A stretch of DNA of 44,427 nucleotides from an uncultured Burkholderiales bacterium. Its GTDB lineage: Bacteria; Pseudomonadota; Gammaproteobacteria; Burkholderiales; Burkholderiaceae_C. Shown in pieces: positions 1-8,608 of the stretch; positions within the stretch are counted from its first letter, which is position 1; each line of letters opens with the position of its first letter. The notes below the pieces were generated by a model. The model was not told where the DNA came from and ran no database searches. It saw only the letters and a list, made by a program, of their open reading frames with translations. The position numbers and the translations under genes were made by a program. The DNA lies in NCBI GenBank assembly GCA_965365495.1, contig CBDUBX010000001.1:1-44427 (forward strand), in the 5' to 3' direction.

Positions 1-68
1 ATCGGCCCCGGCGCCGGTTAGTCGCCGCAGGGAGTCACGCGCGCCGACTCCGCCGACAATGCGAGGCG

Positions 69-1349
69 ATGACTCCCGCCGAACTCGCCGCCTACATCGA
101 CCGCATCGGCCGCGCCGCGCGCGCCGCGGCGACGGCGATGGCCGTGGCGCCGACCGCCGCCAAGGACGCGGCACTGCGCGCGCTGGCCGAGCGGCTGCGG
201 CGCGACGTGGCCGAGCTGCAGGCGGCGAACTCGCGCGACGTCGCCGCGGCGCGCGACGCGCGGCTCGCCGACCCGCTCGTCGACCGGCTCACGCTCGACG
301 CGGCGACGATCGAGACCGTCGCGCAGGGCTGCGAGCAGATCGCCGCGATGCCCGACCCGATCGGCGAGGTCACTGAGCTGCGTCGCCGGCCGAGCGGCAT
401 TTCGGTCGGCCGCATGCGCGTGCCGCTCGGCGTGTTCGCGATGGTCTACGAAAGCCGGCCAAACGTGACGATCGAAGCCGCGTCGCTGGCGATCAAGAGC
501 GGCAACGCGGCGATCCTGCGCGGCGGTTCGGAGGCGCTGCAGTCCAACCTCGCGCTGTGGCGGTGCGTGCAGGACGCGCTCGGCGACGCCGGGCTGCCGC
601 GCGAAGCGGTGCAGCTCGTCGAGACGACCAACCGCGCCGCGGTCGGACGCTTGATCGCCGCGCCCGAGCACGTCGACGTCGTCATTCCGCGCGGCGGCAA
701 GGGGCTGATCGAGCGCATCGCCGCCGAGGCGCGGGTGCCGGTGATCAAGCACCTCGACGGCAACTGCCACGTCTACGTCGACGCCGCCGCCGACGTCGAG
801 ATGGCCGTGGCGATCGTCGACAACGCCAAGACGCAGAAATTCAGCCCGTGCAACGCCTGCGAGTCGCTGCTCGTGCACGCGCGGGTCGCCGGCGACTTCC
901 TGCCGCGGATCGGCGCGGTATTCGCCGCGAAGGGCGTCGAGCTGCGCTGCGACGCCGCCGCGGTGGCGCGGCTCGAGACGGTCGCCGGCGCGCGCATCGT
1001 CGCCGCGACCGAGGCCGACTGGTCGACCGAATACCTCGCGCCAATCATCAGTGTGAAGGTCGTCGAGACCCTCGACGAGGCGATCGCCCACGTCAACCGC
1101 TACGGCTCGCACCACACCGACGCGATCGTCACGCGCGACCACGCTGCGGCGATGCGCTTCCTTCGCGAGGTCGATTCGGCCAGTGTGATGGTCAACGCCA
1201 GCACGCGCTTCGCCGACGGCTTCGAATACGGGCTCGGCGCCGAGATCGGCATCAGCACCGACAAGTTCCACGCGCGCGGACCGGTCGGGCTCGACGGGCT
1301 GACGTCGCAGAAGTGGGTGGTCCTCGGCCAGGGCGAGCTGCGGCGCTGA
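69..1349 (+). CDS. proA: Gamma-glutamyl phosphate reductase (glutamate-5-semialdehyde dehydrogenase)
   Basis: 426 aa; [68 protein letters not shown]. Confidence 0.97.
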   Translation: MTPAELAAYIDRIGRAARAAATAMAVAPTAAKDAALRALAERLRRDVAELQAANSRDVAAARDARLADPLVDRLTLDAATIETVAQGCEQIAAMPDPIGEVTELRRRPSGISVGRMRVPLGVFAMVYESRPNVTIEAASLAIKSGNAAILRGGSEALQSNLALWRCVQDALGDAGLPREAVQLVETTNRAAVGRLIAAPEHVDVVIPRGGKGLIERIAAEARVPVIKHLDGNCHVYVDAAADVEMAVAIVDNAKTQKFSPCNACESLLVHARVAGDFLPRIGAVFAAKGVELRCDAAAVARLETVAGARIVAATEADWSTEYLAPIISVKVVETLDEAIAHVNRYGSHHTDAIVTRDHAAAMRFLREVDSASVMVNASTRFADGFEYGLGAEIGISTDKFHARGPVGLDGLTSQKWVVLGQGELRR

Positions 1350-1422
1350 CGCGCGACGCGCGACGCGCACCGGCTTCGTTGTCACCGCGCCGACCCCGCG
1401 CGCGCCTTCGCGCGGCGCCGGT

Positions 1423-1773
1423 TCAGCGTGCGGCGGTGGCCGCGTCGTCGGCGTCGGCGGCGATCTGCAGGCACACCGCGCGGCACAGCGCCGCGGCACG
1501 CGCGTCGGCGATGCGGTAGTAGACCTGCGTCGCGTCGCGCCGCCGCGCGAGCACCCCGGCGCGGTACAGCGTCGCCAGGTGCTGGCTCATGTTCGGCTGC
1601 GTCGTCTCGATCTCGCCGAGCAGCTGCGTCACGTTCTTCTCGTCGCCGCACAGCGCGCTGATGATCTGCAGCCGGATCGGCGCCGCGAGCAGCCGAAACA
1701 GCTCGGCTGCCGACTCGAACACCGGCCGCGTCAGGCCAGCGTCGTCGGTGGCGGTCGCCGTCGCCACGCTCAT
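1423..1773 (-). CDS. ArsR/SmtB-family repressor, probable sulfur-responsive (SoxR/BigR-like) regulator
   Basis: C-terminal part of ORF 1423..2103; FRLLAAPIRLQII..LC..EKNV..L...QPNMSQHLATL..AGVL..RR...QVYYRI; Cys in LCG and LCRAVC; ATG overlaps the upstream stop (ATGA 1770-1773). Confidence 0.88.
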   Translation of the reverse strand: MSVATATATDDAGLTRPVFESAAELFRLLAAPIRLQIISALCGDEKNVTQLLGEIETTQPNMSQHLATLYRAGVLARRRDATQVYYRIADARAAALCRAVCLQIAADADDAATAAR

Positions 1774-2114
1774 CGCTTGGCCGCCGGAAATTTGTAGTGG
1801 TCGCGCTGCAGCACCGCGGCGACCGACCTCACCTCTTCGGGAAACATGCCGAGGTTGAGCTGCGTGTTGCACGCCTCGACCTGCGTCACCAGCGACGCCG
1901 GCGTGCTCACGCGCCCCTTCGGGCGGTAGATCGACGAGCCGTCGCCGCCGAACTTGCGCACGTGGCAGCCGTTGCAATCGTGCTGCGCGATCAGCTGCTC
2001 GCCGAGCTTCAAGTCGGCGTCGGGCCAGACGTGCAACGCCGCGGCCGGCGCCGTACCGGCCGCCACGATGCCGAAAGCGGCGCCGACCGCCGCACGGATG
2101 CACGCTCGCTTCAT
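1770..2114 (-). CDS. Small periplasmic monoheme c-type cytochrome (green-heme-protein-like)
   Basis: Signal peptide MKRACIRAAVGAAFGIVAAG..AAA; CNGCH; extra Cys in QVEACNTQL; ATGA overlap at 2111-2114. Confidence 0.8.
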   Translation of the reverse strand: MKRACIRAAVGAAFGIVAAGTAPAAALHVWPDADLKLGEQLIAQHDCNGCHVRKFGGDGSSIYRPKGRVSTPASLVTQVEACNTQLNLGMFPEEVRSVAAVLQRDHYKFPAAKR

Positions 2115-2632
2115 CGCGTCTCCTTCGTCGCCAGCGCGGCCAGCGCCAGCACGTCTTCCTCGAACATCTCGCCGGGGATCACCTCGACGAGGCGGCCGCT
2201 GCGGTCGACCGTGACCGTCAGCGGAATCAGGTTGCGGCTCGACAGCGCCAAGGCCATCGGCTTGGCCGCCAGCGTGATCGGGAAACCGTAGCCCTCGCGC
2301 TGCGCATAGCGCGCGACGGCCGCGGCGTCGGTGTCGCGCGCGACGCCGAGGACGACGAGCGGCAGGCCCGCCGCGGCGCGGCGCAACTGCTCGACGTGCT
2401 GGTTGTGGCGGCGACAGAAGGCGCACGTCGTCGACCAGAACACGACGACGACCGCGCGAGCCGCGGCGTCTTCGGCGCCGAACTCGCCGCCGCCGACGAG
2501 CGGCACCGTCGGCCACGCCACGCGCGCGCCCGGCTGCGGCTGCGGCGGCGCGGGCGCCGTCGCCGCGGCGCGAGCACGCGTCGCAACCAGCGGCGCGGCG
2601 GCCAGCGCCGTGAGGACCGGACGACGTTTCAT
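2111..2632 (-). CDS. TlpA/ResA-like periplasmic thioredoxin (Tat-like leader)
   Basis: MKRRPVL leader; VVVFWSTTCAFCRR CxxC; IPLTVTVDRSGRL cis-Pro loop; ATGA overlap at 2629-2632. Confidence 0.85.
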   Translation of the reverse strand: MKRRPVLTALAAAPLVATRARAAATAPAPPQPQPGARVAWPTVPLVGGGEFGAEDAAARAVVVVFWSTTCAFCRRHNQHVEQLRRAAAGLPLVVLGVARDTDAAAVARYAQREGYGFPITLAAKPMALALSSRNLIPLTVTVDRSGRLVEVIPGEMFEEDVLALAALATKETR

Positions 2633-3726
2633 TCGGGCGAACGCTCCATCAGCAGATAGGTGTTGTACGCGTTGATGCGGTTGGCCGCCTTGAACAGCGG
2701 CAGGTGCTCGAACGCCGACCAGTCGGCGCGCGCGTACGCGTCGTCGAACGGCTCGAGGTTGCGCGCCGCATCGCCCATCGCGCGGCGCAGGTGAACGAGG
2801 TAGTCGCGCGTCAGCTGCAGGTCGGCGCGGGCGTCGGTCGACGGCGGGCCGTGGCCCGGCACGATCACGCGCACGTCGAACGCAAGCAGCCGGTCGAGCG
2901 CGTCGATCCAGCGCCGGCTGTCGGCCTGACCGACGAACGGCACGCGGCCGCGGAAGACGATGTCGCCGGCGATCAGCACCTTCTGCTGCGGCAGCACGAC
3001 GACCAGGTCTTCGGGGGTGTGCGCCGGTCCGGCCGGCAGCACGACGAAGTCGACACCCCCGAGCGAGCGGCGCAGCGGCGCGTCGAGCCAGCGGTGCGCG
3101 GCGACGAGTCGCGTGTCGGCATCGATCCACGGCGCGAGGTCGCTGCGGCTGGCTTCGAGGCGCAGCCGCGCGGTGTCGCTGTGCAGGTACTCGCGGCCGG
3201 CGGCACCGGCGGTGATCGTCGCGCCGAGCGCTTCGAACACCTGCAGGCCGTAGACGTGGTCGGCGTGGTAGTGCGTGACGATCAGCTCGCGGATCGGCTG
3301 CGGCGTGATGCGGCCGATCGCCGCGACGAGTTCGCGCGCCAGCGGCGGCGACCCCAGCGCGTCGACCACGACGACGCCGGCCGGCGTGACCACGAACGCC
3401 GCGTTGGAGATGAAGTTGCGATTTGCGGGCGAACCGAGCGCCGACTCGCCTTGCACCATCCAGACGTTCGGCGCGACTTCGCGCGGCTGCAGCGGTGACG
3501 ACGCGACGTCGCGAGCGGGTCGCGCTGACGACGCGGCTTCGCGCGGCGGCATCGCTGTCGCCGATGCCGTCGCCGCGCCGACCGACGGCTGCGCCGCCGC
3601 GCAAGGCGCGCAGCCCGCAGCGACGATTGCGGCGACGATCGTCGCGCCAGCGGCGCGCGACGCGGCGCGACCGCGAACGGCGCGGGTACAGTATTTCGAT
3701 CGCGCAGCGGGGCCCAACATTCGCAC
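2629..3726 (-). CDS. MBL-fold metallo-hydrolase, SoxH-like (start uncertain: 3726 GTG or 3720 ATG)
   Basis: NFISNAAFVVT..GVVVVDALG, THYHADHVYG, AHTPED, AGDIVF, VPGHG; hydrophobic leader; sox context. Confidence 0.82.
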   Translation of the reverse strand: MRMLGPAARSKYCTRAVRGRAASRAAGATIVAAIVAAGCAPCAAAQPSVGAATASATAMPPREAASSARPARDVASSPLQPREVAPNVWMVQGESALGSPANRNFISNAAFVVTPAGVVVVDALGSPPLARELVAAIGRITPQPIRELIVTHYHADHVYGLQVFEALGATITAGAAGREYLHSDTARLRLEASRSDLAPWIDADTRLVAAHRWLDAPLRRSLGGVDFVVLPAGPAHTPEDLVVVLPQQKVLIAGDIVFRGRVPFVGQADSRRWIDALDRLLAFDVRVIVPGHGPPSTDARADLQLTRDYLVHLRRAMGDAARNLEPFDDAYARADWSAFEHLPLFKAANRINAYNTYLLMERSPE

Positions 3727-3736
3727 GCGGTGATAT
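3717..3736. promoter_or_regulatory. Putative ArsR-type operator ACATTC-N8-TGATAT in the divergent soxH-like/fccA region
   Basis: Near-identical to the motif upstream of soxC (15319-15338); AT-rich imperfect palindrome in a GC-rich background. Confidence 0.6.
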
Positions 3737-3887
3737 TAGGGCGATCGGCGATGGCACGGCGGTCGCCCGGCCGTCGTGGGTATCGTCGGCGGCGCCGGCC
3801 AAGCTGCCGAACGCGCAGCACCGATTGCTGACAAGACCGTCGTCCCCCGCCCTGCATCTTTCCGCGCGCCGAGAGAGGTTCTGCCCG

Positions 3888-4217
3888 ATGACCCGCACCC
3901 TCCGTTTCGCACCCGCCGCCGCGCTCGCCGCGCTGGTCGTCGCCCCGGCGGCCGCCGCCGACCGCGCCGCCGGCGACAGCGCCGGCCGCGAGCTCGCGGC
4001 CACCTGCGCGCCGTGCCACGGCACCGACGGCCGCGCGCGCGGCGCGATGCGGCCGCTGGCCGGGATGCCGGCGCCGGCGCTGGTCACGCTGTTCGAGGGC
4101 TTTCGCGCCAACGCGCGCGACGGCGCGACCGTGATGCACCAGATCGCGCCGGGCTACACCGACGCGCAGATCCGGCTCATCGCCGACCACTTCGCCGCCC
4201 AGGAGCGCGCCAAATGA
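3888..4217 (+). CDS. fccA: Monoheme cytochrome c subunit of flavocytochrome c sulfide dehydrogenase
   Basis: Signal peptide; LAATCAPCHGTDG; ATVMHQIA.GY (Met ligand); ATGA overlap with fccB. Confidence 0.82.
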   Translation: MTRTLRFAPAAALAALVVAPAAAADRAAGDSAGRELAATCAPCHGTDGRARGAMRPLAGMPAPALVTLFEGFRANARDGATVMHQIAPGYTDAQIRLIADHFAAQERAK

Positions 4218-5530
4218 GCGCCTCGCCACGACAAGCAGATGCCATCGGCGTCACCCGGCGCAACGTGCTCGGCGCCGCCGGCGCCGCGCTGGCCGCGCTG
4301 GCCGCGCTGGGCGGCTGCGCGGCGACGCCGAGCGGGCCGCCGCTCGGCCGCGTCGTCGTCGTCGGCGGCGGCTACGCCGGCGCCACCGCGGCGCGCTATC
4401 TGCGGCACTGGGGCGGCAACGTCGACGTCACGCTGGTCGAGCGAAACGCGACGTTCGTGTCGTGCCCGATCAGCAACCTCGTGCTCGGTGGCCACCGCAC
4501 GATGGAGCAGATCACGCTCGGCTACGGTGGCCTGCAGCGCGCCGGCGTCAAGGTGGTCCAGGCCGAGGTCGACGCGATCGACGCCGCGGCGCGCCAGGTG
4601 CGGCTGGCCGGCGGCGCGACGCTCGGCTACGACCGGCTCGTCGTCGCCCCCGGCGTCGACTTCGTCGGCGACGACGTCGAAGGGCTGGCCGCGGCGCTCG
4701 ACGCCGAGCACGTGTTCCACGGCTGGAAGGCCGGGCCGCAGACGCTGGCGCTGCGCCGGCGGCTGGAAGCGATGCCCGACGGCGGCGTGTTCGCGATGGC
4801 GATCCCGCGCGCGCCGTACCGCTGCCCGCCGGGCCCGTACGAGCGCGCGTGCATGGTGGCGAGCTACTTCAAGGTTGCCAAGCCGCGGTCGAAGGTGATC
4901 GTGCTCGACGCCAACCCCGACATCCAGAGCAAGAAGGCGTTGTTCGAACGGGCGTTCGCCGACCATTACAAGGGGATCGTCGAATACCGCGCGAACAACG
5001 CGCTGCGCGGGTTGCGCGGCAGCGGCGCCGCGCTGACCGCGCGGCTCGAGTTCGACGACGTGAAGGCCGACGTGCTGAACGTCATCCCGACGCAGCGCGC
5101 CGGCGACATCGCGCGCCGCGCGGGGCTTGTCAACGTCAACCAGCGCTGGGTCGGCGTCGACTGGCTGACGATGGAATCGACCGCGGTGCCCGGCGTCCAC
5201 GTGATCGGCGACGCGACGTTCCCGGCGGCGCAGATGCCCAAGAGCGGCCACATGGCCAACCAGCAGGCCAAGGTCGCCGCGGCGGCGATCGTCGCGCTGC
5301 TGCAAGGGCGCGCGCCGAACCCGACGCCGGTGGTGATGAACACCTGCTACAGCTTCGTCACCGCCGACGAGGCGATCCACGTCGCCAGCGTCCACCGCTA
5401 CGACGCGGCCGAGCGCACGTTCAAGCCGGTGGCCAACGCCGGCGGCGTGTCGAAGGCGGCGAGCGTCGACGAAGGCCGCTACGCCGCGGCGTGGGCGGCC
5501 AACATCTGGGCCGACACGCTGGCGCTGTAG
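4214..5530 (+). CDS. fccB: Flavocytochrome c sulfide dehydrogenase flavoprotein (SoxF-like)
   Basis: Tat leader TRRNVL; VVVVGGGYAGATAARY; SCPISN; PYRCPPGPYERA; MPKSGHMAN; NTCYSF. Confidence 0.92.
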   Translation: MSASPRQADAIGVTRRNVLGAAGAALAALAALGGCAATPSGPPLGRVVVVGGGYAGATAARYLRHWGGNVDVTLVERNATFVSCPISNLVLGGHRTMEQITLGYGGLQRAGVKVVQAEVDAIDAAARQVRLAGGATLGYDRLVVAPGVDFVGDDVEGLAAALDAEHVFHGWKAGPQTLALRRRLEAMPDGGVFAMAIPRAPYRCPPGPYERACMVASYFKVAKPRSKVIVLDANPDIQSKKALFERAFADHYKGIVEYRANNALRGLRGSGAALTARLEFDDVKADVLNVIPTQRAGDIARRAGLVNVNQRWVGVDWLTMESTAVPGVHVIGDATFPAAQMPKSGHMANQQAKVAAAAIVALLQGRAPNPTPVVMNTCYSFVTADEAIHVASVHRYDAAERTFKPVANAGGVSKAASVDEGRYAAAWAANIWADTLAL

Positions 5531-5631
5531 CCGGCGCGACCGAAGCCGCCGCAGCGCGCTGCTTCGGCGCGTGCGGCGGCCTCCCTACAATCCCGCGCTC
5601 CGCCCGGAACCCTGCCCGCGAAAGACGCCCT

Positions 5632-7056
5632 TTGACCGCCCCCGACGCACCGGCCGCGGCGCCCCGCGGGTTGCTGCCGGCCCTGCTGCTCGGGGTGTTC
5701 ATGGCCGCGCTCGACACGTCGATCGTCGCGCCGGCGATTCCCGCGGTGCGCGCGCAGTTCGGCGTCGACCACGGCCAGGTGGCGCTGGTGACGATCGTCT
5801 TCGTGCTGTGCTCGCTGGCCGCGACCGCGCCGATGGCGGCGCTCGGCGACCGCCACGGCCGGCGGCCGGTCTACCTCGGGTGCATCGCGCTGTTCGCCGC
5901 CGGCTCGCTGGTCGCCGCGCTGGCGCCGAATTTCGGCGTGCTGCTCGCCGGCCGGGCGATCCAGGGCGTCGGCGGCGGCGGGATCCTCCCGACCGCCGGC
6001 GCGGCGATCGGCGACGCCTACACCGGCCGCGAACGGTCGCGCGCGCTGGCGCTGATCGGCGCGATCTACGGCATGGCGTTCGTTCTCGGGCCGCCGCTGG
6101 CCGCGGCGTTGATGGTCGCCGCCGGCTGGCACTGGATCTTCGTCGTCAACCTGCCGGTCGCCGCGACGGTGCTGGCGCTCGCGCGGCGCGCGCTGCCGCG
6201 ACGCGCGCGCGACGCGAACGCGCGCGCCGGCGCGGCGCCGCGCCTCGACCGGCTCGGCATCGTCGTGCTATTCGCGCTGCTCGGCGCGCTGGTGCTCGGG
6301 CTGACCCGCGCGGTCGACGACGTCGTCGGTGCCCGGCTGTGGCCGGCGTGGCTGGTGCTCGCCGCGGTGCTACTGCCGGTCCTGGTTCGCGTCGAGCGCC
6401 GCGCAACGCAGCCGCTGGTGCCGCCGGCGCTGTTCGCCAACGCACGGCTGGCGCGCGCCTACGCGCTGCAGCTCGGCGCCGGCTTCGGCATGGGCGGCGT
6501 GATCTTCCTCGCGTCGATCGCGACGCAGGCGCACGGCGTCGCGCACGACCACGCCGGCTTCACGCTGCTGCCGCTGGTCGTGGCCTCGATGGTCGGCTCG
6601 ATGGCGACGGGCCGGCTGCTGCCGCGCACCGGGCCGCGGCCGCTGCTCGCCGCCGGCTTCGTGCTCGCCGCCTCCGGCTACGGCGCGACCGCGGTCACCG
6701 CGTGGGGGCTGGCCGGGTTCTTCGTCGCCGGCGTCGCGGTCGGGCTCGGCATCGGCGTGCTCGTCGGCGGCGCGTTGCGCGGCATCGCGATCGACGAGGC
6801 GCCGCCGGCGCTGCGCGGCGCGGCGCAGGGGCTGATCAACATCAGCACGAGCATCGGCACGCTGCTCGCGGTCGCTGCGGTCGGTGCGCTGGCCGACGCC
6901 GGCGACGGCGGCCCGGCAGCGCTGGCGCGCGGCTACGTCGTCGTCGCCGCGGTGATGGCGGCGATGGCGCTGGCGACGCGCGGCCTGCGCGGCGGCACTG
7001 TCGCCGCCGACGGGGCCGACATCGGCCGCGTCAGCCCAGGCCGGCCGCGGCGTTGA
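5632..7056 (+). CDS. MFS transporter, DHA2-like (TTG start inferred)
   Basis: Coding part of ORF 4462..7056; FMAALDTSIVAPA, LGDRHGRRPV, GRAIQGVGGGG, GWHWIFVVNLP; many TM segments. Confidence 0.88.
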   Translation: MTAPDAPAAAPRGLLPALLLGVFMAALDTSIVAPAIPAVRAQFGVDHGQVALVTIVFVLCSLAATAPMAALGDRHGRRPVYLGCIALFAAGSLVAALAPNFGVLLAGRAIQGVGGGGILPTAGAAIGDAYTGRERSRALALIGAIYGMAFVLGPPLAAALMVAAGWHWIFVVNLPVAATVLALARRALPRRARDANARAGAAPRLDRLGIVVLFALLGALVLGLTRAVDDVVGARLWPAWLVLAAVLLPVLVRVERRATQPLVPPALFANARLARAYALQLGAGFGMGGVIFLASIATQAHGVAHDHAGFTLLPLVVASMVGSMATGRLLPRTGPRPLLAAGFVLAASGYGATAVTAWGLAGFFVAGVAVGLGIGVLVGGALRGIAIDEAPPALRGAAQGLINISTSIGTLLAVAAVGALADAGDGGPAALARGYVVVAAVMAAMALATRGLRGGTVAADGADIGRVSPGRPRR

Positions 7057-8125
7057 CCTGCGCCGCGGGCACGCCGAGCGACTCGGCGGCCTGCAGGATC
7101 TCCTGCCACGTCGTCGCGTCGACCGGCACGCCGTCGGCACTGCGCTGCGCCCGCGTCGCGCGCTCGGGGTCGCCGGCGACCTGCACCGGTTCGCAACCTG
7201 CGCGCGGCGGGCTGGCTTGCACCCAGTCGAGAAAGGCCCGCGCCTCGGCCTCGAACGCCGCGAGGTCGGCGAGCGCCGCCGGGTCGAGCAGCACGCTGAA
7301 CATGCCGTTGAGCAGCGTCATGCGGCCGTCGGGTTCGGCGCGCTGGGTCATCCCCGCGGCGAGCGCGCCGCCGAGCAGCTCGCAGACCGTCGCCAGTCCG
7401 TAGCCCTTGTGGCCGGCCATCGTCAGCAGCGCGCCGTACGGCGGCACGACGCCGTAGCGCGGGTCGCAGGTCGGCCGGCCGGCGTCGTCGATCAGACAGC
7501 CTTCGGGCATCGACTCACCCTTGTTGTGCGCGACGCGCGTCTTGCCCTGTGCGACGACGCTGGTCGCGAAGTCGAGGATCACCGGGTGGCGGCCGGCGAG
7601 CGGCACGCCAACGCACACCGGGTTGGTGCCGAAGCGCGCGTCGCTGCCGCTGTACGGCGCGACGATGCCGCGCGAGACGACGTTGACGAAGTGCAGCGAC
7701 ACCAGCCCGGCGGCCGCGGCCTGCTCGGCCCAGGCGCCGATGCGGCCGAGGTGGTGGGCGTTGCCGAGCGCAACGATGCAGCTGCCGTAGGTGCGAGCGC
7801 GGTCGATGCCGAGCGCCATCGCGCGGCCGCCGACGACCTGGCCGAAGCCGGCGTTGCCGTCGAGCCGCAGCAGCGTGCCGCGGTCGGACACCACGGTGAC
7901 GTCGGCGTTGGGCACGAGGCCGCCTTCTTGGAAGGCGATCGCGTAGCGCGGCAGCATGCCGATGCCGTGCGAGTCGTGGCCGGTGAGGTTGGCCTCGATC
8001 AGGTTGCCGGCGACCGCGTCGACCTCGGTGGGCGAGCTGCCGAAGCCGCGGACGACGCGGCGGATCGCGTCGTCGAGCCGCGCCAACGGCACGACGTGGA
8101 CCCCGGTCGCGCCAGCCGCGCTCAC
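7031..8125 (-). CDS. Ldh_2-family malate/L-lactate/ureidoglycolate/sulfolactate dehydrogenase (YbiC-like)
   Basis: ANLTGHDSHGIG, DGNAGFGQ, HHLGRIG, FGTNP, LDFATS, GHKGYGL. Confidence 0.9.
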   Translation of the reverse strand: MSAAGATGVHVVPLARLDDAIRRVVRGFGSSPTEVDAVAGNLIEANLTGHDSHGIGMLPRYAIAFQEGGLVPNADVTVVSDRGTLLRLDGNAGFGQVVGGRAMALGIDRARTYGSCIVALGNAHHLGRIGAWAEQAAAAGLVSLHFVNVVSRGIVAPYSGSDARFGTNPVCVGVPLAGRHPVILDFATSVVAQGKTRVAHNKGESMPEGCLIDDAGRPTCDPRYGVVPPYGALLTMAGHKGYGLATVCELLGGALAAGMTQRAEPDGRMTLLNGMFSVLLDPAALADLAAFEAEARAFLDWVQASPPRAGCEPVQVAGDPERATRAQRSADGVPVDATTWQEILQAAESLGVPAAQVNAAAGLG

Positions 8126-8541
8126 GGCTTGATATAGGAAGCGCCCTGCTGCTGCAGCTTGGCGATGCGCACGACGCCCGACGGCGTGTAGTTCGCCTCC
8201 TGCAGGAACTGCTCCTTCTTCAGGTTGCGGTTGCGCAGCGTGATCTCGCAGATCTCGAACGTCACGCCGCTCGCGACCAGCGCCGAAACCGGCCCCGCGT
8301 ACGGGCTGCCGTTGCGGTCCTTCGCGCCTTCCATCAGGAAGTCGACGCCTTCGGCGTGGGTGACGACGGTGACCTTGGCCTGCGGGTCGACGTCGAGGTG
8401 GTTGCGGATGTTGCGCAGCCCCTTCAGCGCCTGGTTCTCGGCGTGGTCGATGTGGTAGACGACGACGTCCTGCGCCTGCGCGGCGGTGGCCGCGGCGGCC
8501 AGCACCAGCGCGGCGAGCCAGGGTCGGGCGATCGATGTCAT
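8122..8541 (-). CDS. Periplasmic DsrE-family protein
   Basis: Signal peptide; VVYHID, LRNIRNHL, FEICEITL (Cys), PSGVVRIAKLQQQG.SYIKP. Confidence 0.88.
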   Translation of the reverse strand: MTSIARPWLAALVLAAAATAAQAQDVVVYHIDHAENQALKGLRNIRNHLDVDPQAKVTVVTHAEGVDFLMEGAKDRNGSPYAGPVSALVASGVTFEICEITLRNRNLKKEQFLQEANYTPSGVVRIAKLQQQGASYIKP

Positions 8542-8608
8542 GGCCGCTCCTCGAGATCGGTCGAATGCCGACGGGCCGAACGACGGGGTTGAAACGCCGG
8601 GCCGTCGA

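Noticed and set aside
31-51. GGAGTC...GACTCC hairpin upstream of proA
   Set aside because: 6-bp stem at the window edge; too little to call a regulatory RNA.
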